Positions 20,031-31,096 are shown, counted from the first letter of the stretch. The stretch: DNA of 64,000 bases from Patescibacteria group bacterium (GCA_028288925.1 JAQGHG010000010.1:8057-72056); one strand, 5' to 3'. The notes: generated by a model from the letters alone, not told the origin. Made by a program: numbers and translations.

Positions 20031-21580
20031 GGCGCTGGAGCAAGTGGGCGGTGGCGCGCAAGTCGGTCTTGCTGCTGCTGATAGCCGGCATGATGACGGC
20101 CGGCCTGATGGCGTTCCACCGCAACCGCATGGTTTTGATGCACCAGCAGCCATACTACGCGGCGCTCTACCTACAGATAGCCCGGTACAAAGCCGGGAGC
20201 CTATTGGGCAAGTACTTCGACCGGCCGGTTCAGGCCAGCTCCAGGCCGGGCCACGCCGTATCGGTGCCGGTGCTGGTGTACCATGGGGTGCGCCCGAAGC
20301 CCGAGGGCGAGAATATCGACGTTACCAACTTTGCCGAGCAGCTCATCGCGCTCAAACGCGACGGCTGGCAGACAGTGAGCATCCAGGATTATTACGACTT
20401 TATGCGTCACGGCAAGCAGCTGCCGCTCAAGTCGTTTGTGATTACATTCGACGACGCGCGCAAGGATAGTTATTACCCGGTGGATCCCCTGCTGGCGGCG
20501 CTGAATTTCCATGCCACGATGTTTGTTATTACAAAGTCTTCGTTTGATCCGATAGAAAACAAGTTTTATCTGGACAAGGCTGAACTTTTGCGTATGCGTG
20601 ATAGTGGCCGCTGGGACCTCCAGCCGCACGCCGCTTACGGCCATTATCTCTACCCGGTGGACGCCAAGGGAACGCTGGGGCATTTCTACGACAATAAGCT
20701 CTGGCTGTCGGACGCCAAGCGTCTGGAGACCGGGCAAGAGGTGTCGGAGCGGACGCTGGGCGACCTTGAGCTGGCCAAGCGCGAGATGAAGCAGGAGGTG
20801 GGCAGCAGCGGCATCGCGTTCGCGTTCCCGTTTAATGAATTTGGGGCCGGGTCGCTGAACTTTCCCGGTGCTCAGGCGGCGCTGACGAATAATGCCGGGA
20901 AAGTTTTTCCCATAGCGTTTTACCAAATCTGGCCCAACAAGGGTAATTCGCAGAATTATCCGCAGGACCCGTCGTTTTTGATGAAGCGTATTTTGATTGA
21001 ATCGGACCTGAACGCGTCAAAGCTGCTCAAGATTCTGCATACCAGCGGGGCCAAACCGCTGCCGTATACCAACGATATGACGCGCAAAACCAGCGACTGG
21101 CTAAGTACGTGGGGCGATGAGCATTGGGGACCGGGCGGTCTGACCATCGACGCCAGCCCGGACGGCACCGGCGCGGCTATGTTTGTAGACGGCGGCGGGG
21201 CCTGGCGCGATTACTTGGTGAATGCCCGGCTGCACTTGGAGCGCGGCCAATGGGCCCGGGTATTGGGCCGCTTCCGCGATGACCGCAACTATGTATCGTG
21301 CAGTTATTCTTCCCGCGGCGTGCTCATGGAAGAGACGGTCGACGGCGTGACGCATGAACTCGAAGATATTGATATGCCGGTGCCCACGGGTGATTTCCGA
21401 GCGGAACTGGGCGTAAATGGATCGCGCGTAGAGTGTAAGATTGATGGTAAGATTGTGACCTACGATGATGGATTAACTCCGGTGTTGGGGTATGGAAGCG
21501 CGGGCTTTTCCTCGTATGATCCCGCCAAGCATAACAGCCAGGTGCGGATTAGCGACATGCGTGTCGAACCGTTAGAGTAG
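20027..21580 (+). CDS. polysaccharide deacetylase (CE4/NodB domain) with C-terminal beta-sandwich domain
   Basis: ATGA overlap with the GT2 gene; VLVYHGV...ITFDDARKDSYY NodB motifs; N-terminal TM. Confidence 0.75.
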   Translation: MRRWSKWAVARKSVLLLLIAGMMTAGLMAFHRNRMVLMHQQPYYAALYLQIARYKAGSLLGKYFDRPVQASSRPGHAVSVPVLVYHGVRPKPEGENIDVTNFAEQLIALKRDGWQTVSIQDYYDFMRHGKQLPLKSFVITFDDARKDSYYPVDPLLAALNFHATMFVITKSSFDPIENKFYLDKAELLRMRDSGRWDLQPHAAYGHYLYPVDAKGTLGHFYDNKLWLSDAKRLETGQEVSERTLGDLELAKREMKQEVGSSGIAFAFPFNEFGAGSLNFPGAQAALTNNAGKVFPIAFYQIWPNKGNSQNYPQDPSFLMKRILIESDLNASKLLKILHTSGAKPLPYTNDMTRKTSDWLSTWGDEHWGPGGLTIDASPDGTGAAMFVDGGGAWRDYLVNARLHLERGQWARVLGRFRDDRNYVSCSYSSRGVLMEETVDGVTHELEDIDMPVPTGDFRAELGVNGSRVECKIDGKIVTYDDGLTPVLGYGSAGFSSYDPAKHNSQVRISDMRVEPLE

Positions 21581-21607
21581 ACGCGGACGAGGCGAAGGAG
21601 GGTTGAT

Positions 21608-22546
21608 GTGCAGCGGAGATTTGTAACCATGGCTCTGACGGCGGCCGTAACACTGGCGCTGGCAGGTTTAATACTGGGGACTATTGCCCTGGCCCGGCAT
21701 CAGCGCTCGGGGCGGGCTAGCCCGCCATCCACGGAGTCTGTGCGCGCTCCCGGAGGGTCTCCTGGTGCGCGGCCGGAGATCTCGCGCAGCTTTAGCGATA
21801 CCTTTCGTACTAGCGGCACGCTGGCGGAGACCGGCGGCATGGGCGAGAGCGCGAGCCCGAATTGGTGGCTCAATTCGGGTGGCCTGGTTTCGTTTTTGAA
21901 CGGTTACGGGCAGACCATCCAGGGCGCGCTGCCGGCGAATTCCCGCTGGCGCCAGCAATATGACAAGAATAATCCGGCCGATACCGACGGCGGGCTGCAC
22001 CCTCAGAATATTTTTCGCCTGGTGACGCGCTCGCGCTTCCGTCAACTGCGGCAAGAGGTCTTCTTCCGCGTCGACGCCGACGAGCTGTCTCCGAGCTCCC
22101 AACGGGCCGCTTCGAACGGTGTGCTGCTCTTCAACCGGTATCAAGATGGCAATAATCTCTACTACACTGGTCTGCGCGTGGACGGGCACGCGGTTATTAA
22201 GAAGAAACAGAGTTTAACCAAGGGGGCGGGCGGCACGTACTTTACCATGGCCGAGAAGCCAGTCTTCGAAGGCGAGTATAATCGTGCTACAAAGCCAAAT
22301 CTTTTGCCGAAGCAAACCTGGATCGGGCTCCGCAGCGTCGTGACCACGCTGGCAAACGGCACGGTGGATGTGCAATTGTGGTCCGACCTCGGCAAGACTG
22401 GAAATTGGCAGCCGCTGCTGGAGGCGACCGATGACGGCCGCGGCTTTGGCGGCGCGCCGATTACCGCTGATGGCTACGGCGGTGTCCGCACAGATTTTAT
22501 GGACGTAAGTCTACGCCAATATTCTATTTCGGAATTAAATCGTTAA
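21608..22546 (+). CDS. hypothetical exported protein (signal-anchor), possible LamG-like beta-sandwich
   Basis: GTG start with AAGGAGGG RBS; no confident domain. Confidence 0.5.
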   Translation: MQRRFVTMALTAAVTLALAGLILGTIALARHQRSGRASPPSTESVRAPGGSPGARPEISRSFSDTFRTSGTLAETGGMGESASPNWWLNSGGLVSFLNGYGQTIQGALPANSRWRQQYDKNNPADTDGGLHPQNIFRLVTRSRFRQLRQEVFFRVDADELSPSSQRAASNGVLLFNRYQDGNNLYYTGLRVDGHAVIKKKQSLTKGAGGTYFTMAEKPVFEGEYNRATKPNLLPKQTWIGLRSVVTTLANGTVDVQLWSDLGKTGNWQPLLEATDDGRGFGGAPITADGYGGVRTDFMDVSLRQYSISELNR

Positions 22547-22605
22547 AATAACTAAAGCTTTTGTGGCTTGAGTATGGTTAATTCTATGCTTATGGAGGCA
22601 CACAA

Positions 22606-23979
22606 ATGACACCAGTGAGAGAAGCTATATTCCGTTCGGGCCGGTTTTTTTTGGTAACGTTATCAGTACTTCTCGCGCCATTGGTGTTTCATACAATTCC
22701 GGCGGCACAGGCCGCTCCGCAGACGGTGGTGAGCTTGACGTTTGATGACGGCTCGGCCGATCAGGCCACGGCGGCCCAACTACTGGCAAACCATGGTATG
22801 CACGGCACGTTTTACGTCAATAGTGCCCGGCTCGGCACGAGTGATTACCTGACCTCCGCCGGGGTGAAGCAACTACAGGACGCCGGCCAGGAGATTGGCG
22901 GGCATACGCTCAGCCATCCCGACCTCACGACACAGAGCGCGGCGCAGCAACAGCACGAAATCTGCGACGACCGGACCGCGCTCAAGAACATGGGGCTAAC
23001 TATCAATAATTTCGCCTATCCCTTCGGCTCTTATGACGGCACGACCCAAAATATCGTCCGCCAGTGCGGCTACGCGAGTGCGCGGAGCGTGGGCGGCATC
23101 AGCTGTAGCGGCTGCGATCCGGCCGAATCGATTCCCCCGGCCGATGCCTACGGGGTGCAGACACCGGATTCCATTAAATCCGACACAACGCTTGCCACGA
23201 TGGAGGCGTACGTAACCAAGGCTGAGGCCGGGGGTGGCTGGGTAGTGCTGGTGATGCACCACATCTGTAGCGGCGGCGGCTGCGATACGTACTCGGTGAG
23301 CCCGGCGACCCTAGACGCGTTCTTGGGCTGGCTGCAGGCGCGCGCGAGCCGCGGCACGGTGGCGCGGACGGTGGGTGAAGCTTTGGGTAGTAGCCCGACG
23401 CCCAGCCCAACGCCAACGTCCACTCCCTCGCCCTCACCCAGTCCGAGCCCGTCGCCCAGCCCAAGTCCGAGCCCGTCGCCATCGCCGAGCCCCAGTCCCA
23501 CGCCGGGGCTCCAGAATCCCTCCTTGGAGACCGACGCCAGCGCCGATCTGACGCCGGATTGCTGGCAGTTGGGCGGCTATGGCACCAATGCCTCCACCTG
23601 GACGCGCACAGCCGACGCGCATAGCGGTAGCTTCGCGGAGAAACTGCAGATCACGAGCATTACGGATGGCGACCGCAAGCTCGTCACCCAGCAGCACGAC
23701 AACACGTGCGCGCCCACCGCGAAGGCCGGGCGCACCAACACGCTCCAAGCCTGGTACAAGTCGGACCAGCCGGTATATCTGGTGGCGTATTACCAGGACG
23801 CCGCCGGGGTGTGGAACTTCTGGGACCAGAGCCCGGCGCTGCCGGCCAGTACGGTTTACGCGCGGGCGAGCTGGACTACTCCGGTGGCGCCCAGCGCGGC
23901 GGTGCGATTGAGCTTCGGCCTGAGCCTGCGCAAGGTTGGGACGGTGACGATGGATGACTTTAGTTTGGTACAGAACTAG
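22606..23979 (+). CDS. secreted polysaccharide deacetylase (CE4) + Ser/Pro linker + C-terminal carbohydrate-binding-like domain
   Basis: Signal peptide, LTFDDG...HTLSHPDL, then (SP)n linker. Confidence 0.8.
   Translation: MTPVREAIFRSGRFFLVTLSVLLAPLVFHTIPAAQAAPQTVVSLTFDDGSADQATAAQLLANHGMHGTFYVNSARLGTSDYLTSAGVKQLQDAGQEIGGHTLSHPDLTTQSAAQQQHEICDDRTALKNMGLTINNFAYPFGSYDGTTQNIVRQCGYASARSVGGISCSGCDPAESIPPADAYGVQTPDSIKSDTTLATMEAYVTKAEAGGGWVVLVMHHICSGGGCDTYSVSPATLDAFLGWLQARASRGTVARTVGEALGSSPTPSPTPTSTPSPSPSPSPSPSPSPSPSPSPSPSPTPGLQNPSLETDASADLTPDCWQLGGYGTNASTWTRTADAHSGSFAEKLQITSITDGDRKLVTQQHDNTCAPTAKAGRTNTLQAWYKSDQPVYLVAYYQDAAGVWNFWDQSPALPASTVYARASWTTPVAPSAAVRLSFGLSLRKVGTVTMDDFSLVQN
23395..23510. repeat. 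Ser-Pro-Thr low-complexity coding repeat (linker)
   Basis: ccgagcccgtcgcccagcccaagtccgagcccgtcgcc... Confidence 0.8.
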
Positions 23980-24521
23980 AGCGCGAGCGCGATTTCACTG
24001 GGGTCTTCGCCGCGGTTGGCGAGTTCGTGCATGCGAAGCGTGGCATCGGCGACATCGTCGGGGCGGGGCGCTTTGTGGAAGATGAATTTCTCGAGCGCGC
24101 CGGCCGTCTGCACTTCTACGTCGCCATAGTTGAAGATGGTCGGGAAAATGCCGGCCTTGTTGCCAGTGGCGTCCTGTACATGCTTATAGCTAAGCTGTGA
24201 GACCCGGCGGCTAAAGATCCCCTGCTGCTCGACCTGCACGAGGTGCACATTGGTAAAGACGAGCACGTTGCGCCGGTAATTGAAAATGCCGATAAAGAGG
24301 ATGAGGGCGCCGATTATGGGCATAATGACGACCATGGCTATTACCATGGCGGGCGGAAACGGGATGGTGGCGGGAAATTGAGTGTAGCCGAACCACAAGA
24401 GAACCGACAGGATAATTAATATGACAAAAGCGGCTACGGGCGGAATAATATCAATGATATGGCGGCGGATAACCCGCAATATGCGCTCGCCGGGATCGGG
24501 CCGAAAGCCGTATTCATTCAT
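23976..24521 (-). CDS. bacterial PH domain (bPH_2/YdbT-like) membrane protein
   Basis: Two TM helices followed by a PH-like domain. Confidence 0.6.
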   Translation of the reverse strand: MNEYGFRPDPGERILRVIRRHIIDIIPPVAAFVILIILSVLLWFGYTQFPATIPFPPAMVIAMVVIMPIIGALILFIGIFNYRRNVLVFTNVHLVQVEQQGIFSRRVSQLSYKHVQDATGNKAGIFPTIFNYGDVEVQTAGALEKFIFHKAPRPDDVADATLRMHELANRGEDPSEIALAL

Positions 24522-25576
24522 TAGCTAACCTTACCAAAGCCGGAAACCGCCAGCAAGACGATGATGACGGCTAGGCCGCTGATCTGGGCGGCAGCCGTGA
24601 GGCGGTAATGGGTGGTGCGCCAGCGGGCGAGGCCTTTGCGCCAGACGGTCATGTGGGTGTGGAAGTAGACCGCCAGGAGAATGATGAGCAGGAAGATGGT
24701 GACGAGCGTGCCCCAGGTGAGCGTGCGGCCGAGCGACAGTGGCTTGAAGAGGCTGTAGCTGACCGGCGCGGGAGCACTGGTGCCGGCACTCACCCGGCCT
24801 TTGACGGCCGGCACTACCGGTGTAGAGGTAGGTACAGGCGTGGCGGCCGGGGTAGCCACTGCCACCGTGGGGGCCGGGGTAGGTTCGGTGGTAGGCGCGG
24901 GAGTAGCAGCCGGCTGGACGGGGGGCTTGGCGGCCGGGGTGGGTGGCGCGGCCACGGTCGCGGTCACCGTATTAGCTCCCGTGGAGCCATAGTGCGCCAC
25001 TACCAGGGTAGTCTGGCCGCCCACGAGCGTGCCGTTTTGGACAGCAAAGCCGACGTCGGTGTAGTTGGCGTTGAGGATGTTGGCACGGTGGCCGGGCGAG
25101 TTCATCCAGCCTTGTGTGGCGCCGGCCGAGGTGTCGAAGTCTTTGGCCAGGTTTTCGCCGGCGTATTTGTAAGGATAGCCGGCTTGATTAAACCAATACC
25201 ACGGCTGGATTCCACTGGGGCTCACATGCGCCCAGTAGTCTTCGGCGAACATATTGCCGGCCTTGAGGCTGGCGCTTTGGTTGAGCCGCGAGTCTAGGCG
25301 CAGCGCGGGGAGCCCGGCGGCGGCGCGCTCGGCATTGGTCTGGTTGAGCAGGTCGACCGGCGTAATATCGCTGGCGTAGGCCAAGACATGCCCGCTGCCC
25401 CCCACCAGCCGAGCCGAGGCCGGCTGCAGCGCATAGGCCGAGGCCTGCACGCCCAATATAAGCACGGCCATAACCGCCAGGCCGTGCGCGCGGATGAGAT
25501 GCGGCCGGTGATTATTGTGCTTGTGGGGGACAAACCAATGGCGGATGTGGCGGAAAGTTTTGGACGGATGCTTCAT
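24521..25576 (-). CDS. CAP/SCP/PR1-like (YkwD) extracellular protein with Pro/Thr-rich linker and C-terminal TM anchor
   Basis: NAERAAAGLPAL...GENLA...NSPGHRANIL CAP motifs. Confidence 0.75.
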   Translation of the reverse strand: MKHPSKTFRHIRHWFVPHKHNNHRPHLIRAHGLAVMAVLILGVQASAYALQPASARLVGGSGHVLAYASDITPVDLLNQTNAERAAAGLPALRLDSRLNQSASLKAGNMFAEDYWAHVSPSGIQPWYWFNQAGYPYKYAGENLAKDFDTSAGATQGWMNSPGHRANILNANYTDVGFAVQNGTLVGGQTTLVVAHYGSTGANTVTATVAAPPTPAAKPPVQPAATPAPTTEPTPAPTVAVATPAATPVPTSTPVVPAVKGRVSAGTSAPAPVSYSLFKPLSLGRTLTWGTLVTIFLLIILLAVYFHTHMTVWRKGLARWRTTHYRLTAAAQISGLAVIIVLLAVSGFGKVS

Positions 25577-25580
25577 TAGA

Positions 25581-25606
25581 TATAAAAAGCCTTGTGCTTA
25601 AGGCTA
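25581..25606 (-). terminator. intrinsic terminator (AGCCTT-6nt-AAGGCT + T-run on minus strand)
   Basis: Immediately downstream of the gene that ends at 25631. Confidence 0.6.
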
Positions 25607-25630
25607 TTGTATACGGTTTTTGGCTCGTGC

Positions 25631-26809
25631 CTAGCGGTCAAACAACCAGAGCCCTATTTCTTCATCATAAAGACGCTTGGCGAAGTCATGGAAGACAATG
25701 GCGTCGGGAGAATTAAGCGGCTGGTCTTTTTTCCAATACGACCAGTTCGTGGCTTCGTCGACGGCGCTTTTGTCCTGCGAAAACAGATTGATAGATACTT
25801 GGTAACCCTGGCCTTTGAGCTTGAGCGCCTCATCTACGATGCCGCCCAGAATGGCCTGCCGCTTCTCGGGTGTGAGCGTGACCGTGTCGTGTTCGTCTAA
25901 GGTGTACTTACGGCCGAAGGAACCGGTGTTGAGCCAAATCTGCTTAACGCCGAGCTGGTCGGCCGCTTCTTTGGCCAAAGTCGCGTTGAGGTACTCGCTG
26001 GCGTCAAAGATGCCGGCACCTGGCTTTTTGGCACGGGGCGTCCAAGGGAAGCCCTGTAGGCCGAAACTATCAATGAGGCCGCGACTAATACCTTTGACAT
26101 AGGGCACGAGGCTGACATATTCGCCCTTGGCCCAGTCGAAGTCGTCGTTAGTGTACGTAGCGGAGTTGAGCATCACGCTAGCTTTTGATTTAGGGAAGTA
26201 GGTCTTCTGGATGTTAACGAAACGGTTGATATTGGCGGCGAAGTCGGCGGGGGTGGAGTTATGGTGGTTCCAATACGGGAGATTCGCCTCAGGGAAGGCC
26301 ACCCACATGCCCATCTGCTCGTCGGTGACACCGTTTGCCTTGAGGTTTGTAAAGTAAGCTGTAATCCAGGGGTCATAGAGGCCATCGCGAAATTCAGTAA
26401 AGTCAACGCTCCCCCAGCTAGCCACCGGCTCCATCACTACTAGTGGCATAACGCCATAATGTTTAAACTCTTTCAGACGCACAGCCATATCAGCGGCCAT
26501 CTGCTTGGCCTCTAGGGCGTCTTTTGGCATATCGGTGAATGTCATCATGGCGCTGGCGGCATATGAGCTACAGGCAGTCTGGAAAGCAGGCAAGGTACGG
26601 AGCTCGGGGGCGCTAGCCTTCTCAAGCCCACGAACAGGATCCCGGGCGTCACATCTGCTGCTGACGGTGTAAGTCTTGGCTTTATGCAGCCAGAGTTTGG
26701 GAAGGCTCACGATATGCTGGCCGCGTAGTCCCACTGAAGCAGTGTCCACGGCAAAGAGCGCCACAAGAAAGAAAATAAGGGTACAGATGATAATATCGCG
26801 GCGTTTCAT
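25631..26809 (-). CDS. hypothetical secreted protein (possible glycoside-hydrolase-like)
   Basis: N-terminal signal-anchor MKRRDIIICTLIFFLV. ATGA-coupled to the upstream GT2, which suggests a polysaccharide-processing role. Confidence 0.45.
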   Translation of the reverse strand: MKRRDIIICTLIFFLVALFAVDTASVGLRGQHIVSLPKLWLHKAKTYTVSSRCDARDPVRGLEKASAPELRTLPAFQTACSSYAASAMMTFTDMPKDALEAKQMAADMAVRLKEFKHYGVMPLVVMEPVASWGSVDFTEFRDGLYDPWITAYFTNLKANGVTDEQMGMWVAFPEANLPYWNHHNSTPADFAANINRFVNIQKTYFPKSKASVMLNSATYTNDDFDWAKGEYVSLVPYVKGISRGLIDSFGLQGFPWTPRAKKPGAGIFDASEYLNATLAKEAADQLGVKQIWLNTGSFGRKYTLDEHDTVTLTPEKRQAILGGIVDEALKLKGQGYQVSINLFSQDKSAVDEATNWSYWKKDQPLNSPDAIVFHDFAKRLYDEEIGLWLFDR

Positions 26810-28071
26810 CCTACGCCCTCTACACCCTTGCGATCCCAGCGCTGCCATTCTATATCTTCGCCGCGCATAACCATAAACAGGCTCTTTAGGAGCACGATGT
26901 ACTCAACCCAGACGAGCACATAGAACAATGGCCAGGTTAGAGGAAAGAGCCCGAGCACGTGCAGCTGGAGTTTTTGATGGCTAAACAGGGCCACCACAAG
27001 GTATGTGACGGAGACAAACATAACACCTAGGGCAAGTGAGATGAAATCGCCCGACAAGAAGCTATAGGTAAGCAAGAGACTGATGCCGATGGGTTCAAAT
27101 AGGAGCTGAAGTTCGGCCAGTAAGGTATATGGCAACACAAACCACGCCAATGAACGATTGTGCCGCTTATCCCGAGAGAAGAAGATGCGGCGGTACTTCA
27201 TAAACGTGTCGAATCGGCCTTTCTTCCAGCGCAAGCGCTGATTGATAAGGCCTTTGATGGTGGATGCTCCTTCCGTGTGACAGATCACGTCCTCGGCATA
27301 GACGGAATTGAGGCCGTAGTATCGAGTGCGCAGCGACATCTCGATGTCCTCAGTCTTGTTTTCGCCGTCAAATAGGCCGAGGCGATCGAAGGTGGTGGTA
27401 CGGCGGAAGGCGGCGCAGGCTCCGCCGTAGATGTATTCGGCTCCCAGAACGGAGTGGGCTCGTTTGTAGTAAAAACCAAATAGGTATTCGAGCGACTGGA
27501 GACGCCCGATGAGGGTAGCATTGTAGGCGACCTTGACGTTGCCTACAACCGCGTCCACGCTAGGGTCCTTGAAATATTCTACGAGGTTACTGATAGCATC
27601 GCGCTCAAAAACCGTATCGGCGTCCATGGTTACCACGATGTCGCCGCGGGAATGCTCGATGCCGTGATTGAGGGCGTGCCCCTTGCCGCCATTTTCCTTG
27701 TAGAAGTATTTGACCCGCGGGTTAGTCCGCCGAACAAGCTCCGGGTGTTGCGATAGGAACCTCATCATCTGGTTGTGCGAGCGGTCTGTGGAACCATCGT
27801 TTACCACTATAACTTCGAGATTGGGGTATGAATTGCGCAAGAGTGACCGGACAGTTTTGAGAAGACCAACCTCTTCGTTCCAGGCTGGTACGATCACCGA
27901 TACGCGCGGTTCATAGGGCTGGAGGTGCAGACGGGCGACCCGGCGGCGACGCAACGCTTCCTTGACGGTGTGTAATGGCGAGATGAGCAAGAACACATAG
28001 TATTTGATGAGCATGGCGCTGGCGAAGAAGACCGCCCAGCCCCGCAAAATTTCAAACCAGTGAGTATCCAA
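26806..28071 (-). CDS. processive family-2 glycosyltransferase (PgaC/IcaA-like)
   Basis: TTG start; VVNDGSTD, TMDADT, QRLRWKKG (QxxRW), N- and C-terminal TM helices. Confidence 0.8.
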   Translation of the reverse strand: MDTHWFEILRGWAVFFASAMLIKYYVFLLISPLHTVKEALRRRRVARLHLQPYEPRVSVIVPAWNEEVGLLKTVRSLLRNSYPNLEVIVVNDGSTDRSHNQMMRFLSQHPELVRRTNPRVKYFYKENGGKGHALNHGIEHSRGDIVVTMDADTVFERDAISNLVEYFKDPSVDAVVGNVKVAYNATLIGRLQSLEYLFGFYYKRAHSVLGAEYIYGGACAAFRRTTTFDRLGLFDGENKTEDIEMSLRTRYYGLNSVYAEDVICHTEGASTIKGLINQRLRWKKGRFDTFMKYRRIFFSRDKRHNRSLAWFVLPYTLLAELQLLFEPIGISLLLTYSFLSGDFISLALGVMFVSVTYLVVALFSHQKLQLHVLGLFPLTWPLFYVLVWVEYIVLLKSLFMVMRGEDIEWQRWDRKGVEGVG

Positions 28072-28075
28072 TGTT

Positions 28076-28729
28076 CTACTGTCCTATATTCTGCAGGCTA
28101 ACAAACTCTGCTTTGGCGGTAGTGATAGTGCCCGTGGTAGTATCTTCTAGATCAAGTAAGAGCTGCCCCTGACGGCTCTCGGGGAGAAGGTACTGTCCCG
28201 TCTTGGCCTCCATATGGCTTACGGTCGTAATGCGATACATGTAGCGCCAGCCTTTGTCGGTGTCGACAAAGATATTGCCGTCCACTGTGAGTGCGCTTGG
28301 GTCGTCGATAGTACGCCAACCTTGCCGTAAGTACACCAGGAGATCGCCAAGGTTACCGCTTTTGGCGGTGGTGAGCAGAAGGTAGTGGCCTGTGTTTGAG
28401 CGGGCCTCCCAAGTGTTGTTGGGGGTGGTGATAGCCGGAGCCAGAGGGAGCTTTACCTGGCGGCTGGCGATGCGCAAGGTGGTGGGGGCACCATAGCCGC
28501 CGATGCGCTTGGAGGGATCGGCGGCGTAGGCCGACTTGGGAACGCTGGGGGCGAAGGGTTTGGCGTCGACTTTGGCGACAGCGGTAGCAAACGGTAAGTC
28601 TTGATCGAAGGCCGTCTCATAGCTATTAGTAAAGATGTAAACGGTGAGCACGCCGGACGCCAACATCAAGAGGGTCGTAATGGTACGACCGAAGACACGG
28701 CGGGCACTGACGTGGCGTCGACGCTTCAT
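28076..28729 (-). CDS. sortase-fold-like protein lacking catalytic Cys (no Cys in sequence)
   Basis: Signal-anchor; NTGHYLL (His) and GDLLVYL...YRITTV resemble sortase strands; the expected TLxTC is replaced by LLLDLEDTT. Confidence 0.3.
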   Translation of the reverse strand: MKRRRHVSARRVFGRTITTLLMLASGVLTVYIFTNSYETAFDQDLPFATAVAKVDAKPFAPSVPKSAYAADPSKRIGGYGAPTTLRIASRQVKLPLAPAITTPNNTWEARSNTGHYLLLTTAKSGNLGDLLVYLRQGWRTIDDPSALTVDGNIFVDTDKGWRYMYRITTVSHMEAKTGQYLLPESRQGQLLLDLEDTTTGTITTAKAEFVSLQNIGQ

Positions 28730-28995
28730 CGTTGCGGCACCTTCTTGAGCTTTAGCACGAATAGGATGAGGAGAACGACGGCGTTTACAATAACTACGCT
28801 GCTCACAAAGAAAGCGAACAGCACGACCAGGGCTTGGTAAGGGCTAACGGACACTATTGTTTCTCCAACCTATACGCGGCTATTTTGAATGGTAGCGCTA
28901 GCTTCCGTTTTTATCACGTTTGGCCCTCAGAGTCAAAGCTGCGGGCTTGGCATAAGCATTATCACAAGGCGCGAATGCCAGCTCTACAGGCCTGC

Positions 28996-29025
28996 AAAAA
29001 CCCCGCTTGGGGCGGGGGGTTTTTA
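28996..29025. terminator. bidirectional intrinsic terminator (A5-CCCCGC-ttggg-GCGGGG-T5)
   Basis: Directly downstream of the deacetylase gene that ends at 29059. Confidence 0.7.
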
Positions 29026-29058
29026 TTGCATCGGACTGATTCCTGGACCAGGAAGGTG

Positions 29059-30915
29059 TTACTTGCCGACCTGCGGCAGGACTTCCTTGATAGCCTGGGC
29101 GATGGTGAGGACACCAAGGCCGGAGTTTTTGATGATCTGGAGCTCGGCGTCCAGGTCGGCCGGCTTGGTGAGGTAGTCGGTATCGGTGGGGTCGATCGGC
29201 GTGGCTCCGACTTCGTGGTAGACCAGGATGAGCCAGGTCTTGTCACGCGCGGCTTGGTTGACCCATGCCTGCACCTGCGCCGGCGTAGTGCTGGCGTAAA
29301 TGTTCTGGACCTTGAGAGTCGTGAGGCTCAGGTTGTCCTTGGTGTTGTAGCCGGAGTCGGTGGAGCGCTGCGTCTGGTAGTACTTGAGGCCTTCGGTGAT
29401 AGTCTTGGCGTTGTAGGCGCCGAAGGGATAGGCGAAGTTGCTGATGGTGCCGCCGAAGTTGGCCTTAAGGGTGGTCTGGCTGTTTTTCATTTCGGCGGTC
29501 AGCTTGGCGGCCGTAAGCGTCGTGAGATCCGGGTGGGTCACGGAGTGCGAAGCAATCTCGCTCCCCTGAGCCTGCAGGGCTTTGATCTGGGTAACGCTCA
29601 TGTAGTCGGGCTGGTCGGTGAGCTCGCCGGAGATGATGTAGAAGGTGGCGGGCTCGTTGTACTTCTTGAGCAACGGCAGGGCGTTGGTGTACTGGTTGGT
29701 CCAGCCGTCGTCAAAGGTGAGGGTGACGAGGCCGCGGCTAAACGGTGAGGGCTGGTAGATCCCAAAGCTGTAGTCGTCGGTGGTCAAGTAGCCCTTGGCG
29801 GCGATGAGGTGGAAGACAGTAGCCGAGACGGCACCGGCCGGCATGTCGAATTCGGCTGAGGCTTGGGCCCAGGTCGTGGACGGCAGAACTTTGCCGAGGT
29901 AGAAGTATTGGACAGTACCGTTACTCATCGTGACGCCCACATCGATCTCGGTGTCGGTGTTTGACTGGTACCAGTCGGTGAAGCGGTAGTGACCGCCGAC
30001 TTTGACCGGCTGGGGGGCGTAGTTCCAGTTGGCCGAGCCGCTGGTATAGCTGGTGACGTTTACTTTTACACTGCGGGAGCTGGCATGGCCGGTGTTTTCG
30101 TAGGTAAAGGCCGGGGTGTTGGTGCCCCAATAGTCGGAGGCCCAGCCTTGAGGCGTGGCGCCGTTGGCCGTCTCAAGACCAGGGTTGGGTATGCCGGCTG
30201 CCGGTGTGGGCGTAGGAGACGGGCTGGGCGTGGGGCTCGGCGTAGGCGAGGCAGAAGGGTTGGGGGTAGGCGAAGGGCTGGGACTGGCCGAGGGAGAGGG
30301 GGTGACGGTAGGAGAAGGGCTGGGCGTAACGGTGGGCGACGGAGAGGGGCTGGGAGTCGGGCTAGGGGTCGCGGCGGTCTCGGCCAACGAGTAGTTGTCG
30401 GTCTTGAGTGTACCGTTGCCGGCAATCACATGGAAGACCGTGACGTTCTTGGCGCCGGCCGGGGTAGTAAAGTCGACGCTCAGCTGCTTCCAGCTCGCGC
30501 TAGCCGGCACGTCGGCCAGCCAGACATAGCTGTAGTTGCCGGCCGCATCTTGGACCTGAGCATCAAGTTCGGTAGCAACACCCGACTGATACCAGTCGCT
30601 AAAGGTGTACTTGGTGCTAGCAGCTACGGCTACGGGGCTAAAGTACCACTTGGCGTCACCGCTGGAATAGCCCGAAACGGTCAGCCCTAGCGAACGGGCG
30701 CCGTTTTGGGCCCCGGTGGAGTCATAGCTGAAAGCGGCCGTGTTGGTGCCCCAGCCACCTTGGCTCCAGCCGGAGGGAAGGGCGCCTGCGGCTGTTTCGA
30801 CCGACGGATTTGTAATGAGGTTTGCCCCGGCCGCACGTGCCACTTCGGCGAGTGGCTGGGCAATGATGGCTAGGATTAAAGTGATACCAGAAAGAGCGGC
30901 AATGAGGCGCTTCAT
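29059..30915 (-). CDS. secreted protein: two tandem beta-sandwich (CBM-like) domains + Ser/Pro/Thr linker + CE4 polysaccharide deacetylase
   Basis: Internally duplicated N-domains ([17 protein letters not shown] / [17 protein letters not shown]); LTFDDGW...HSVTHPDL. Confidence 0.8.
   Translation of the reverse strand: MKRLIAALSGITLILAIIAQPLAEVARAAGANLITNPSVETAAGALPSGWSQGGWGTNTAAFSYDSTGAQNGARSLGLTVSGYSSGDAKWYFSPVAVAASTKYTFSDWYQSGVATELDAQVQDAAGNYSYVWLADVPASASWKQLSVDFTTPAGAKNVTVFHVIAGNGTLKTDNYSLAETAATPSPTPSPSPSPTVTPSPSPTVTPSPSASPSPSPTPNPSASPTPSPTPSPSPTPTPAAGIPNPGLETANGATPQGWASDYWGTNTPAFTYENTGHASSRSVKVNVTSYTSGSANWNYAPQPVKVGGHYRFTDWYQSNTDTEIDVGVTMSNGTVQYFYLGKVLPSTTWAQASAEFDMPAGAVSATVFHLIAAKGYLTTDDYSFGIYQPSPFSRGLVTLTFDDGWTNQYTNALPLLKKYNEPATFYIISGELTDQPDYMSVTQIKALQAQGSEIASHSVTHPDLTTLTAAKLTAEMKNSQTTLKANFGGTISNFAYPFGAYNAKTITEGLKYYQTQRSTDSGYNTKDNLSLTTLKVQNIYASTTPAQVQAWVNQAARDKTWLILVYHEVGATPIDPTDTDYLTKPADLDAELQIIKNSGLGVLTIAQAIKEVLPQVGK
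30185..30375. repeat. Ser-Pro-Thr low-complexity coding repeat (linker)
   Basis: [27 protein letters not shown]... Confidence 0.8.
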
Positions 30916-31096
30916 ATTTGAGTTCCTTTGAGCTTAGATTCCGGTCGGGCGCCAGTCTCCTACGGACCTAACGTCCAACCGGCCCGGGAGCGCTCTCTTG
31001 AATGCGCGATGCTCCCGGACGGTTGATGTGATGATTGCGGCATCCTAACTCGCGCGGGGTCAGGATACCAGGGGGTGTGGGTTTTTGACCGGCGCC

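Noticed and set aside
23395-23510. Periodic GC-rich repeats, considered as a possible CRISPR or VNTR array
   Set aside because: The repeats are in-frame Ser-Pro-Thr linker codons inside deacetylase genes (also at 30185..30375 and 24796..24961); there are no spacer-like unique units and no cas genes.
28834-29748. 304-aa + strand ORF
   Set aside because: Antisense to the CBM-deacetylase gene 29059..30915; a Gly/Val-rich artefact.
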